Assembly: GCA_034722055.1 (NCBI GenBank) | Contig: JAYENL010000067.1 | Span: forward strand, 1-45,716 | Direction of reading: 5' to 3' | DNA length: 45,716 bases | Source of the DNA: Armatimonadota bacterium | GTDB taxonomy: Bacteria; Armatimonadota; Zipacnadia; Zipacnadales; UBA5352 | Shown: piece after piece, positions 7,708 through 21,470 of the stretch | Position numbering within the stretch: the stretch's first letter is position 1 | How the letters are laid out: the number at the start of each line of letters is the position of its first letter | The notes under the pieces: generated by a model | What the model saw: only the letters and a program-made list of their open reading frames with translations | The model's database searches: none | What the model was told of the DNA's origin: nothing | Translations under genes and position numbers: made by a program

Positions 7708-9049
7708 CGTCGGCCTCGTCCCCGTCGGTCGGCGCCATCTCCGCGGCGCCCGCCTCCGCGTCAAGCTCACCGTTGATCTCGGCACCCGCCGGCTGCATGG
7801 AGAGCTGGTCCGGGGGCGGCTCCTCGGGCTCCCTGGCGCGGCTGCGGCCCAGCAGCTCGTCCAGCTCCCGGCTGTGGCCCTCGTCGCTCATGTAGGCCCG
7901 GTAGTGAATGTAGACCACGCGGGCCGCGGCCAGCACCGGAACGGCGATGAAGACGCCGATGAGGCCGAAGAACTCCGCGCCCACAAGCAGCGCCAGGATG
8001 ACTGCCACCGGATGTAGCCTCGCTCCCTCGCTCAGCAGCTTGGGGGTCAGAACCCGGTCGGTAGCCACCTGGATAGCGCCGTAGGCCAGGACGATGATCA
8101 GCGTGCGGCTCAGGCCCACGGTGAGCAGCGAGATGGCGGCGATGAGGACCACGGCCACCACTCCCCCCACCACCGGCACCATGTTCGCCACACCCGCCAG
8201 GATACCGAAGGTCAGATAGACACGAACCCCCGCGAGGTAGAGGGTCAGGGCGGTGGCCACACCGGTGATCAGCGAGATGAGCATCACGGTCTTCACGTAG
8301 CCCTGGATGACCTCGTCGGTGTCCTGCACCATCTGGTGATAGCGGGCCCGGGCGTCCGGGGGAACGTGTGTCGCCAGGCCCGCCCGCAGAGAGCTGGCGT
8401 CGGTCAGGAAGTAGTAGGCGAAGACCGGAACGATGAGCAGAGCAATCAGGTAGGCGCCGCTGGAGAGCACCGAGCCGATGAGGTTGATCTGCCACTCCAG
8501 GATGGCGCCGCCCCACTCCTCCACTCTGGTGCGCAGGGTCTCCGCCAGGCCGGTGCCCGTGAACTGCTCCTGGAGGGCCTCGATCTCGCGTGCCGCCTGC
8601 GAGCGATAGGGCTCCGGCAGGTTGCTCAGAAGCTGGTCGATGAAGGAGTTGATCTGCGCCGCCAGGTCCTCCTGAGCCCAGGTCGAGACGGTCTTGAGGA
8701 GGTTGCCTATCTCCTCCGCCAGGGGCGTCACGATCACCGCCATCAGCACCAGCAGCGCCACGGTGAAGACGATAATGGCGGTCAGAGCCGCCAGGCCGCG
8801 TCGCACGCGGCGGCGCCTCGGCCAGGAGACGCGCATCATAAGGTCCACTGCCGGGAGCAGGAAGTAGCTCAGCGCCACCGCCAGGATCAGCAGGATCAGG
8901 GTGTCGCGGGCTCGCGCGAGCAGGTAGTTGACGGTGGCCGGCAGCCTGAAGACGGCGTAGAAGATGATGGCGACGAGGACCGCCAGGAAGATGATGCGCC
9001 GGTTGGGCCAGCGATCCACGACGGCCTCCTCGCCGGACGTGTCAGCCAT
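7694..9049 (-). CDS. AI-2E family (PerM/UPF0118) transporter
   Basis: 451 aa, multi-TM. Motifs LSYFLLPAV, YYFLTD, IQGYV, NMVPVVG, VLTPKL, LHPVAVILALLVGAEFFGLIGVFIAVP; GGAGG RBS. Confidence 0.9.
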   Translation of the reverse strand: MADTSGEEAVVDRWPNRRIIFLAVLVAIIFYAVFRLPATVNYLLARARDTLILLILAVALSYFLLPAVDLMMRVSWPRRRRVRRGLAALTAIIVFTVALLVLMAVIVTPLAEEIGNLLKTVSTWAQEDLAAQINSFIDQLLSNLPEPYRSQAAREIEALQEQFTGTGLAETLRTRVEEWGGAILEWQINLIGSVLSSGAYLIALLIVPVFAYYFLTDASSLRAGLATHVPPDARARYHQMVQDTDEVIQGYVKTVMLISLITGVATALTLYLAGVRVYLTFGILAGVANMVPVVGGVVAVVLIAAISLLTVGLSRTLIIVLAYGAIQVATDRVLTPKLLSEGARLHPVAVILALLVGAEFFGLIGVFIAVPVLAAARVVYIHYRAYMSDEGHSRELDELLGRSRAREPEEPPPDQLSMQPAGAEINGELDAEAGAAEMAPTDGDEADDGDA

Positions 9050-10229
9050 CCTCCTCCCTCCCGTTCAGCCGCCCCTGTGGCCGGTAGGCGAACTCCTGAG
9101 GGCGGCCATGGCGCATTCCCAGGACGAACTCCAGGCCGTCGCAGATGCGCTCGGCGGCGTGACCGTCGCCGTAGGGGCTGCCGGCTCCGGCCATGCGCGC
9201 GTAGGCGGTGGGGCTGGTGAGCAGCTCCTCCGCCGCCTCCATGATGTCCTCGGTCTGCGTCCCCACCAATCGCGCCACGCCTGCATCGATGCCCTCCGGC
9301 CGTTCGGTGGTCTCACGAGCCACCAGGACCGGCACGCCCAGCGCCGGCGCCTCCTCCTGGATGCCGCCGGAGTCGGTGAGGATCAGGTCGGCCCGGGACA
9401 TCAGCGAGACGAAGGTGACGTAGTCGGCCGGCTCGCACAGGAAGACCCTCTCCACCCCACCCAGCAGCTCCGTCGCGGCCCGGCGCACCTTGGGGTTGAG
9501 GTGCATCGGGAAGACCACGTGCAGGTCCTCGAAGCCGTTCACCAGCCCTGCCAGCGCGGTGCAGATGCGAGTGAAGGGCACCCCCAGGTTCTCGCGGCGG
9601 TGGGCCGTCACCAGCATGACGCGGCCGTCGATGTCGGCCAGCCACCGGAACTGCGTGTCCTCCAGCGACGGGCTGCGCTCGCGGGTCGCCAGCAGGGCGT
9701 CGATGACGGTGTTGCCGGTGACGAAGATCGCACCGGGGTCGATGCGCTCGCGCAGCAGGTTCTCCCGGGCGCGGTCGGTGGCCGCGAAGTGGAGGTTGGC
9801 GACCGCGGTGGTGACGCGCCGAAAGACCTCCTCGGGGTAGGGGGAGTACTTGTTGCCGCTGCGCAGGCCCGCCTCCACGTGGCCCACGCGGAGTTGGTGG
9901 TAGAAGCCTGCCATGGCCCCCGCAAAGGTCGTGGCGGTGTCTCCCTGCACCAGCACCGCGTCCGGCGACTGCTCCGCAAGCGCCTCCTCGAGGCCCGACA
10001 GCGCGCGGGAGGTGACCTCGCCCAGGCTCTGCCCGTGCCGCATGATGTCCAGGCTCACCTCCGGCTCCAGCCGGAAGATGTCGCAGACCTGCCCCAGCAT
10101 CTCCCGGTGCTGCCCGGTGCCGATCAGGACCGGCTCCAGGCCCTCGCGCCGTCGCATCTCGTCGTACACCGGCGCCAGCTTGATGCCCTCGGGCCGCGTG
10201 CCGAAGATGATCGCGATCCTGGAGGCTAT
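9042..10229 (-). CDS. wecB: UDP-N-acetylglucosamine 2-epimerase (non-hydrolysing)
   Basis: FGTRPEGIKLAP, TGQHREML, VQGDT, HVEAGLRS, PYPEE, VTGNTVID, TAHRREN, TDSGGIQEEAP, TTERPEG, PYGDG. Start uncertain: ATA 10229, GTG 10238 or ATG 10259. Confidence 0.95.
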   Translation of the reverse strand: MASRIAIIFGTRPEGIKLAPVYDEMRRREGLEPVLIGTGQHREMLGQVCDIFRLEPEVSLDIMRHGQSLGEVTSRALSGLEEALAEQSPDAVLVQGDTATTFAGAMAGFYHQLRVGHVEAGLRSGNKYSPYPEEVFRRVTTAVANLHFAATDRARENLLRERIDPGAIFVTGNTVIDALLATRERSPSLEDTQFRWLADIDGRVMLVTAHRRENLGVPFTRICTALAGLVNGFEDLHVVFPMHLNPKVRRAATELLGGVERVFLCEPADYVTFVSLMSRADLILTDSGGIQEEAPALGVPVLVARETTERPEGIDAGVARLVGTQTEDIMEAAEELLTSPTAYARMAGAGSPYGDGHAAERICDGLEFVLGMRHGRPQEFAYRPQGRLNGREEDG

Positions 10230-11167
10230 CGCAACCACACCCCCAGGGCGATCATGCACAGCAGGCCCGTGATCCCGTACATGAAGAGGACGGTCTCGCG
10301 GGTGCTCAGCCCGGTGTCGAGCAGCCGGTGGTGGAGGTGGCCGCGGTCGGCATGATGGATCGGCCTCCCGGCCAGGAGGCGCTTGAAGATGGTGGCGGCG
10401 GAGTCGTAGATCGGCAGGCCCAGCACCAGCAGCGGGACGACCAGCACGAGCGCCGTGGGGCCCTTCACCGCCCCCACCACTGAAAGACAGGCCAGCATGT
10501 ACCCCAGGAACATCGCTCCCACGTCGCCCATGAAGATGCTGGCCGGGTTGAAGTTGTAGCGCAAAAAGCCCAGGGCCGAGCCGGCCAGGGCCGCCGCCGG
10601 CACCACGACCGTCAGGCTCTGCTCACCGAAGGCCGCGATCAGCGCCAGCGTCGTGGCACCGATGGCGCTGATTCCACCCGCCAGCCCGTCCAGGCCGTCC
10701 AGCCAGTTGACCGCGTTGGTGATGAAGACTATCCACAGCACCGTCACCGGGAGCTCCAGCAGGCCCATGAAGATGTACTCAGAGCCAACCATCCCGTGCA
10801 GGGGATTGCTCACCTGCACCACGCGCACGCCGAAGTGGTAGGCGATGAGCCCCACCGCAACCTGCGCCCCCAGACGAGGACCGGCGGGAAGCCCGTGCTT
10901 GTCGTCGAGGGTGCACACGATCAGGAGGATCAGCGACCCGGCGAGCAGGCCCACCATCGGCCGGGACGGCGGCCACTGCAGCACCAGCGTGGTGAGCCAG
11001 AAGGCGACCACGATGGCGAAGCCGCCGCCGAAGGGAACCGGCTGCGCGTGCGAGCTACGGCGCACCGGCCTGTCCACGAACTCGTGGCGGATCGCGAGGC
11101 GGCGGGCCACCGGCGTGAGCGCCAGAGACAGCAGTGCCGCGACCACCAGCGGGACCGCGATGATCAC
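10226..11167 (-). CDS. wecA: Undecaprenyl-phosphate alpha-GlcNAc-1-phosphate transferase (WecA/TagO, glycosyltransferase family 4)
   Basis: [42 protein letters not shown] 11167 overlaps the upstream TGA and has a GGAGG RBS. Confidence 0.9.
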   Translation of the reverse strand: MIIAVPLVVAALLSLALTPVARRLAIRHEFVDRPVRRSSHAQPVPFGGGFAIVVAFWLTTLVLQWPPSRPMVGLLAGSLILLIVCTLDDKHGLPAGPRLGAQVAVGLIAYHFGVRVVQVSNPLHGMVGSEYIFMGLLELPVTVLWIVFITNAVNWLDGLDGLAGGISAIGATTLALIAAFGEQSLTVVVPAAALAGSALGFLRYNFNPASIFMGDVGAMFLGYMLACLSVVGAVKGPTALVLVVPLLVLGLPIYDSAATIFKRLLAGRPIHHADRGHLHHRLLDTGLSTRETVLFMYGITGLLCMIALGVWLR

Positions 11168-11661
11168 GACGCCGCCTCCTCCACGTCCTCCGGCCACTTC
11201 TCCAGCTTCACGCCGGCCTCGAGCAGCATCTCCTTGCTCAACTCATCCGGGTAATCGACCTCGTAGACGATTCTCCGGACGTCGGCGTTGATGAGCATCT
11301 TGGCGCAGGTGACGCAGGGCATGGTGGTGCAGTAGGCGGTGACGTTCTCGAGCTTGACGCCGTGGATGGCGGCCTGGATGATGGCGTTCTGCTCCGCGTG
11401 CAGTCCCCGGCACAGCTCCTGGCGCTCGCCGGAGGGGATGCCCATCCGCTCCCGATAGCAGCCGCCCAACTCCGCACAGTGCTTCATGCCTTTGGGCGCA
11501 CCGTTGTAGCCGGTGGCGAGGATGCGGCGGTCGGAGACCAGAACCGCCCCCACCTGCCGCCGCAGACAGGTCGAGCGGGTGGCTACAACCCGGCAGATCT
11601 GTATAAAGTACTCATCCCATGAGGGCCGGCGATCCAGCCGCCGGGTCTCGTCCTCAGACAT
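11164..11661 (-). CDS. comEB: dCMP deaminase / ComEB family zinc-dependent deaminase
   Basis: [40 protein letters not shown]. Confidence 0.92.
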   Translation of the reverse strand: MSEDETRRLDRRPSWDEYFIQICRVVATRSTCLRRQVGAVLVSDRRILATGYNGAPKGMKHCAELGGCYRERMGIPSGERQELCRGLHAEQNAIIQAAIHGVKLENVTAYCTTMPCVTCAKMLINADVRRIVYEVDYPDELSKEMLLEAGVKLEKWPEDVEEAAS

Positions 11662-11685
11662 TGGCGCCCTCCCGCCTCCGTGGCG

Positions 11686-12129
11686 CTACTGCTGCTCCAG
11701 CGCCATCACCTTGTCGCGCCGGCGGAGGTGGCGCTCGGCGTCGCTCACCGGCGTGCGGATGAAGGCGGTCACGATCGATTTCGCCAGCTCCGGGCCGACC
11801 ACCCGCGCGCCGAGGCAGCAGATGTTGGCGTGATTGTGCTCCCGCGCCATCCGCGCGTGGTACTCGAAGCAGCAGGGCGCAGCCCGGACGCCTCGGACCT
11901 TGTTGGCCGCCAGACACACGCCGATCCCGGTGCCGCAGATCAGCAGCCCGAGATCGTACTCTCCGGAGCTCACCGCCTCCCCCACGGTGGCGGCCACGTC
12001 CGGGTAATCCACCGACTCCTCGCTGTCCACGCCCAGGTTCTCGGCCTCCACCCCCAGGTCGGCCAGATGCTGCATGAGCGTCCACTTCAGCTCCACGCCC
12101 GCGTGGTCGTTGCCGACGGCGATCCTCAC
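11686..12129 (-). CDS. rpiB: Ribose 5-phosphate isomerase B
   Basis: NDHAG, SVDYPD, CGTGIG, ANKVRGVRAA, AREHNHAN, GARV, RHLRR. Start GTG 12129 or 12138. Confidence 0.95.
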   Translation of the reverse strand: MRIAVGNDHAGVELKWTLMQHLADLGVEAENLGVDSEESVDYPDVAATVGEAVSSGEYDLGLLICGTGIGVCLAANKVRGVRAAPCCFEYHARMAREHNHANICCLGARVVGPELAKSIVTAFIRTPVSDAERHLRRRDKVMALEQQ

Positions 12130-12244
12130 GGCCACCACCCCATCAGGGCGAAAGACAATGCCTCCTGCACCGGGAGGCGACCTCCGATTGCGCAGGAGAC
12201 GTATTCAGACGCTTCAGAGGCAGCGGGCACGTCTGCTCGCCGCG

Positions 12245-14065
12245 CTATTCGAGGGCCTTCTCGGGGTCCTTCGGGAGGCGGATGCTGAAGGTGGAGCCCT
12301 CCCCCACCTCGCTGCGGTCCAGCCAGACCCTGCCTCCGTGGGCGCTGGCAAGATGCTGAACCAGATACAGGCCGATGCCAGTGCCGCCGATGGAGCGGTG
12401 ATCGACATCGTCGTCCACCTGGTGGAAGCGCTGGAAGATGCGGTCCCGGTGGCGCTCGGGGATCCCCAGCCCCTGGTCGGTGACGTCGATGCGCACCGCG
12501 CCGTCCTCGTCGCTGGCCGCGATCTTCACGATCCCACCGTTCGGGGAGTACTTGACGGCATTGCCCACCAGGTTGTCAAGCATCTGCGTGAGCTTGTCGG
12601 CGTCGGCGCGAATAGGCTTCATCCCGTTGGGCACCGTGGCCACGATCCGGTGCTTCTTGGTGTAGGGCTGGTGGCTGGAGGCCACCCGGTTCAGAAGCTG
12701 GGCCAGGTCCACCTCCGAGAGGTTCAACTCCAGCCCCCGGCCGGACTCGATCTTGGAGATGTTCAACAGGTCGGAGATCAGACGCGTCAGCCGCTCGCAC
12801 TCCTCGTTCACGATGATGAGGAACTCCCGGCGCGTTTCCTCATCATACATCCCCTCGTCATCCTCAAGCAGCGTGGAGATGAAGCCCTTGATGGAGGTGA
12901 GCGGAGTGCGCAGCTCGTGGGAGACGGTGGAGACGAAGGCTGTCTTCATGCGCTCGACACGCCGGATCTCCGTGATGTCGTTGAAGATGGCGACCACGTT
13001 CTCGACCTCGGCGGTGTCCTCCCGGACCATCAGCGTGGTCTGCGCCTGGTAGATGCGACCATCGTCCTCCCCCATGCTGATCTCCGCGGTCCGCTCCTCG
13101 CCGGTCTCCAGCGTCTGACCGACCAGCTCTCGCACTGGTCCGCCGCTGATGACATCGGTCATCTTCGTGCCGCTGTAGTCCTTCTCGGGCAGCTCCAGCA
13201 TCTCGGCAGCGGCGGGGTTGAGCAGCCGGATGGTGCCCGCCTTGTTCACCACGATGACGCCCACGGTAATGCTCTCGAAGGCGTCCTGCAGCTCCTCCTT
13301 CTCCTCGGTGAGCTGGATGTAGAGCTGCGCGTTGGAGATCACCGCCGCGGCCTGCTCGGCCAGCATCTCCAACAGCCGCACGTCCTCTTTGCTGAAGTCC
13401 TCATCGAAGCGCTTGTTGAAGACGTTCATCACGCCGATGACCCGCTCATCGACGAGACGCTCCTCTTCATCGCGCTGCTTGATCACAAGGGGGACGCAGA
13501 TGCCATTGCGGACGGCAAGGAGGGAGACTATCTCCTTCGAGGTCCGGGGATCGTTGAGGGCGTCGTTGAAGATGATGGACTCGCGATCGCTGAATACCCG
13601 GCCGCTGACGCCCTCATCAACGGCCATGTCCAGCGCGTCCGCCTGGTCTTCGGTCACTCCCAGCGCCGGCGGGAGCACCGTGAGCTTCGCCGCCTCGGGC
13701 TGGTGCAGCAGAAGCAACACCTTCTCCGCCTGGATGATCATGGCCACCTTCTTCACCAGGCGCCCCAGCGTGTTGCGCAGCTCCGGCCTGGTGACCACCA
13801 CCGATGGCACCTCGGCAATGGTGGAGGCCGCCTCGAGCTCATCCTCCAGCACCCGGATCCGCCGCCGCATCTCCTCCACCACGAGCCGGTAGTGCTCCAG
13901 CTCCCGGCGCAGCCCCCTGGGACTGTCCGGGGCATCGGCAGCACCAGGAGCGGGAGGGGTGGGGGCCTCCGACGGCGGCTCGGACCGCAGCCCCGAGCTC
14001 TGCGCCTCCGGGTCCTCCTCGGGCCGTGTGTCCCGATCCTTATCGTCCGACACGCTATCACTCAC
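12245..14065 (-). CDS. Cytoplasmic sensor histidine kinase (coiled coil, GAF, PAS, HisKA, HATPase)
   Basis: H-box VSHELRTPLTSI, N-box NLVGNAVKYS, DQGLGIP, IFQRF, GGTGIGL. GAF: ICVPL...IGVMNVFNK...FSKEDVRLL. PAS: GVIVVN...LNPAA. No TM. Start uncertain (14053, 14065 or 14308). Confidence 0.92.
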   Translation of the reverse strand: MSDSVSDDKDRDTRPEEDPEAQSSGLRSEPPSEAPTPPAPGAADAPDSPRGLRRELEHYRLVVEEMRRRIRVLEDELEAASTIAEVPSVVVTRPELRNTLGRLVKKVAMIIQAEKVLLLLHQPEAAKLTVLPPALGVTEDQADALDMAVDEGVSGRVFSDRESIIFNDALNDPRTSKEIVSLLAVRNGICVPLVIKQRDEEERLVDERVIGVMNVFNKRFDEDFSKEDVRLLEMLAEQAAAVISNAQLYIQLTEEKEELQDAFESITVGVIVVNKAGTIRLLNPAAAEMLELPEKDYSGTKMTDVISGGPVRELVGQTLETGEERTAEISMGEDDGRIYQAQTTLMVREDTAEVENVVAIFNDITEIRRVERMKTAFVSTVSHELRTPLTSIKGFISTLLEDDEGMYDEETRREFLIIVNEECERLTRLISDLLNISKIESGRGLELNLSEVDLAQLLNRVASSHQPYTKKHRIVATVPNGMKPIRADADKLTQMLDNLVGNAVKYSPNGGIVKIAASDEDGAVRIDVTDQGLGIPERHRDRIFQRFHQVDDDVDHRSIGGTGIGLYLVQHLASAHGGRVWLDRSEVGEGSTFSIRLPKDPEKALE

Positions 14066-14385
14066 CGAGTCCACTCCGAGCCCACATCGACCGGAAGCCT
14101 GCGGCCGTCTCATTTCAGTGGCATGGCCAACTGCCTCTGCCCGGTCGGCGCCGGTCCGACTGGCTGGAGTGCAGCATCCGAGGTGGCCAGCCCGGTCCGG
14201 CGGCCCGGCTGAGCGGCCCACGGCCTTCCGGTTGCCGCGATGGCCCAAACGACGCAAGTACCGCACCGCCGTCGGCGCTCTGCGTCGGCCCCGTACGGCG
14301 CCGCTCACCGTCCCCCCTCAATCTGGCCGCCCGAAAACCTCAACGCCGTATGAGGCCCTCACACGGCGCACAGCCAGCGGTGGCA

Positions 14386-14414
14386 ATTATAGGCCAAGGT
14401 GGGCGCCAAGTCAA
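14386..14414 (-). promoter_or_regulatory. Sigma70-type promoter facing the kinase gene
   Basis: TTGACT (14414-14409), 17 bp, TATAAT (14391-14386) on the minus strand. Confidence 0.8.
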
Positions 14415-14485
14415 GCTCGGTCCGGCGGCCCTCTGGCCGGCCACGGAGGCCCCGAATCGCGCCCTCAGAGGCCCTCTACGACCGC

Positions 14486-14908
14486 TCAGCGGCCAAGCAG
14501 CAGCACCGCCGCGGCCGCCCCGATCGCCGCTGCAAAGAGGGCCGGCAGCTCCGGCGGCGGGGCGCCGTGGATCACCGTCAGACCCGCCCCGGTCAGCCAC
14601 AGCAGCGTTAGCAGACACAGCGCCACATCCACCGCCGCCTTCCGCCAGCCGCGGCCTGAGAACGCCCCCCGCACCCACAGGCTCAGGCCCACGATCAGTC
14701 CCACAGCCGCCCCCAGCAGCGCCCCCTCGTAGGGGGTGCCCGCCTCCGGCGCCACCTGCTGCTGGGCCCAGCCTCCGGCCTTGGCGGCCATCACTGTCGG
14801 CGGCCAGACCAGCACCAATCGCGCCAGCGCCAGCCCGATGCGGCCAAGCACACACCCCGCCGCCCCAGCCGGACGCGCGCCAGTTGCCTTCAGCTCATCG
14901 CCGCCCAC
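14486..14908 (-). CDS. Small hypothetical membrane protein (about 4 TM)
   Basis: 140-aa ORF with four hydrophobic stretches; GTG start 9 bp after the oxidoreductase stop, GAGGGT RBS. Confidence 0.6.
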   Translation of the reverse strand: MGGDELKATGARPAGAAGCVLGRIGLALARLVLVWPPTVMAAKAGGWAQQQVAPEAGTPYEGALLGAAVGLIVGLSLWVRGAFSGRGWRKAAVDVALCLLTLLWLTGAGLTVIHGAPPPELPALFAAAIGAAAAVLLLGR

Positions 14909-14917
14909 GGTCCACCC

Positions 14918-15922
14918 TCAGCGCTTCACCGCCTCGGGCTCACCGCTTTCGGCCGACGCCCAGGCGGCCTCGGAGAGCTGAATGACCTTCAGCGCGTCCT
15001 CGGGCGTGGACTGGATCTCCTCCTTGCCACGGATGGCGGCGATGAAGTTCTCGTCAGGTGTCCAGGTCCGCCCCAGCGCCTTCCCCGTCACCACCTTCTT
15101 CTCCTTGTCCTCCCCCCACTCCCACACCTCGCCGCCGCGGATGGCGAGTTGTCCCTTCTCCAGCCAGATGGTGGTCTCCTCGAACATGCCCGGCCAGGAC
15201 TGGTACCCCACGACCGAGAACGTGCACAGCGCCCCATCCTCGAACTGCACGTCGATGGCGCTGAGGATATCCACCTCCGAGCCCATCCTGTCCTGGTAGG
15301 CGAAGACCTCCGCTGGCTGCAGGTCGGTCATCCACAGCACAATGTCGATGAGATGACTGCCCGAGTCGTTGAGCTGCCCGCCGCCCGACCACTTCATCTT
15401 CGACCGCCACGTCCCCCGCTTCACCTGGCTCTGATACCAGGCCTGCGACTGCAGGGAGTTGATGAACACCACGTCGCCCATCTCGCCGGAGACGATCCTC
15501 TTCCGGCAGTACCGGAACGGCGCCATGGTATGCCGCTGGTAGGACACGCCCATGACCTTGCCGGACTTCTTCCACGTCTCGATGACCCGCTGGGCGTGCG
15601 TGGTGTTGCACACCATCGGCTTCTCGCACAGCACGTGCAGGTCCGCGGCCAGGCTGTCCATGATCTGCTCGTAGTGCAGCGTGTGTGGGGTGGAGATGAC
15701 CACCGCGTCCATCTCCACCTCCTCCAGCATCTCCGTGTGGTCGTCGAAGGTCGGCAGACCCTTGGCGCCCTTGACGTCCTTGACGGCCTGCTTGAGTGCC
15801 TTATCGCTGGGGTCGGTGATCGCCACCAGCTTCACGTCATCCAGGGCCTGCATCCGGCGCATGTGCCCCCGCGCATTGCCCCCCGAGCCAATCGCTCCCA
15901 CGCGTATCGTCTCAGCCATCAT
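14918..15922 (-). CDS. Gfo/Idh/MocA family oxidoreductase
   Basis: IRVGAIGSG, DAVVISTPHTLH, HVLCEKPM, SGGGQLNDSGSHLID. Confidence 0.93.
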   Translation of the reverse strand: MMAETIRVGAIGSGGNARGHMRRMQALDDVKLVAITDPSDKALKQAVKDVKGAKGLPTFDDHTEMLEEVEMDAVVISTPHTLHYEQIMDSLAADLHVLCEKPMVCNTTHAQRVIETWKKSGKVMGVSYQRHTMAPFRYCRKRIVSGEMGDVVFINSLQSQAWYQSQVKRGTWRSKMKWSGGGQLNDSGSHLIDIVLWMTDLQPAEVFAYQDRMGSEVDILSAIDVQFEDGALCTFSVVGYQSWPGMFEETTIWLEKGQLAIRGGEVWEWGEDKEKKVVTGKALGRTWTPDENFIAAIRGKEEIQSTPEDALKVIQLSEAAWASAESGEPEAVKR

Positions 15923-16261
15923 CACCCTGTCCCTTCCCGCCTGTCGAAGGTCGTTCTCAAGCGCGCTTGGAGCACCACAGGCCGTGGTCCCCGGCGCAGT
16001 TTCCGCACCCGCGAAACGATACCTTCTCTCGCCCTTCGGAAGGGGATTGAGGGGCGAGCTCCGCGCCGGTCCGCTCGGGCTCCAGGCGGCGCTTCCGCCG
16101 CGCCCTCAGAGGCCGAGAACACGCTGATCGGCGAGGCCCCACATAGCATAAGATATGTTCAGGTTCAGGGCTATAATCTTATACAGAATCTGCGATTGTC
16201 TCCGAGCTCTCAGAGCGCGCCTTCGGCCTGCCGAGGGTCCCTCCACGCGCCCCTCTGAGGC

Positions 16262-16290
16262 TTGACGGAAGAGGCTGATTCTGGTATACT
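16262..16290 (+). promoter_or_regulatory. Sigma70-type promoter upstream of gyrB
   Basis: TTGACG, 17 bp, TATACT with extended -10 TG. Confidence 0.8.
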
Positions 16291-16610
16291 TTCAAGGCGT
16301 GGGAGGGACAGGGAAGAGAAAGCACTTGCGCGGCTGCACGAGGGCCCTCCCGCCCCTGAGCAAACCACGCTGCCGGGGCTCTGCCGCGGCATCGAATCGT
16401 CGCAACAGCACGGATCGCAGCCGGCGCCCGGACGGCGCCAGTCGAGGCAACGGAGGCACCACCGACGGACGCAGGCAGAGGGGCAGTTGCAGGCACGTAC
16501 CACTAACGTCCCGGCGCCTTCCGTCCACTGCATGGACCTCCTCACAAGCCGGTCGCTGGCTCAGCGGTCACGCAACTCCCGTGGCTCGCCTTCGAAGGAG
16601 CTAAGCGTAG

Positions 16611-18587
<1,977 letters not shown>

Positions 18588-18675
18588 GGCCCCGGGCGGG
18601 TCGGTAGCATATCGGCCGGGGTGCGGGCGTCCGCCCCCGGCCGCTCACTGAGCCTCGCACCACCGGGAGCACTCA

Positions 18676-21150
<2,475 letters not shown>

Positions 21151-21177
21151 GCCCGGTCGGGCCTGCGAAACTCCACC

Positions 21178-21203
21178 ACACCCCGGGTTCCCACCCGGGG
21201 TGT
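21178..21203 (+). terminator. Stem-loop after gyrA
   Basis: ACACCCCGGGT-TCCC-ACCCGGGGTGT, 11-bp perfect stem; no U-tract. Confidence 0.55.
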
Positions 21204-21332
21204 CAGCGTCCAGGCACAGGCACTCGTTTCTGGCCGGCCTCGGGAGGAAAGCGACCCCCGGGCGCCTAACAGAGTCCCACGAGAGCAGGCGCGCAGCCTC
21301 GGGGCCCCTTGAGGCGCGGCGCGGAATTCATC

Positions 21333-21362
21333 TTGACGCCGCCTATCCGACTCGGTTATCGT
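21333..21362 (+). promoter_or_regulatory. Possible sigma70 promoter for nrdJ
   Basis: TTGACG, 18 bp, TATCGT in an AT-richer patch. Confidence 0.45.
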
Positions 21363-21470
21363 AAAGGTCCGTATAGCTTTTGAGCATAAACCTGCACGGG
21401 GCTCCTCAATAAGGGGTGGGTCGCACCGCTGCAAGTCCGTCCGCCGTTCCAGGCCTGCCGGAGGCTTATC

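Noticed and set aside
16136..16300. oriC or dif site
   Set aside because: No TTATCCACA-type boxes, no dnaA, and no match to the dif consensus.
21204..21470. Cobalamin riboswitch or NrdR boxes upstream of nrdJ
   Set aside because: No B12-box elements recognised. CCTCAATAAGGGGTGG (21404-21419) matches the NrdR consensus only partly and lacks a convincing partner box.
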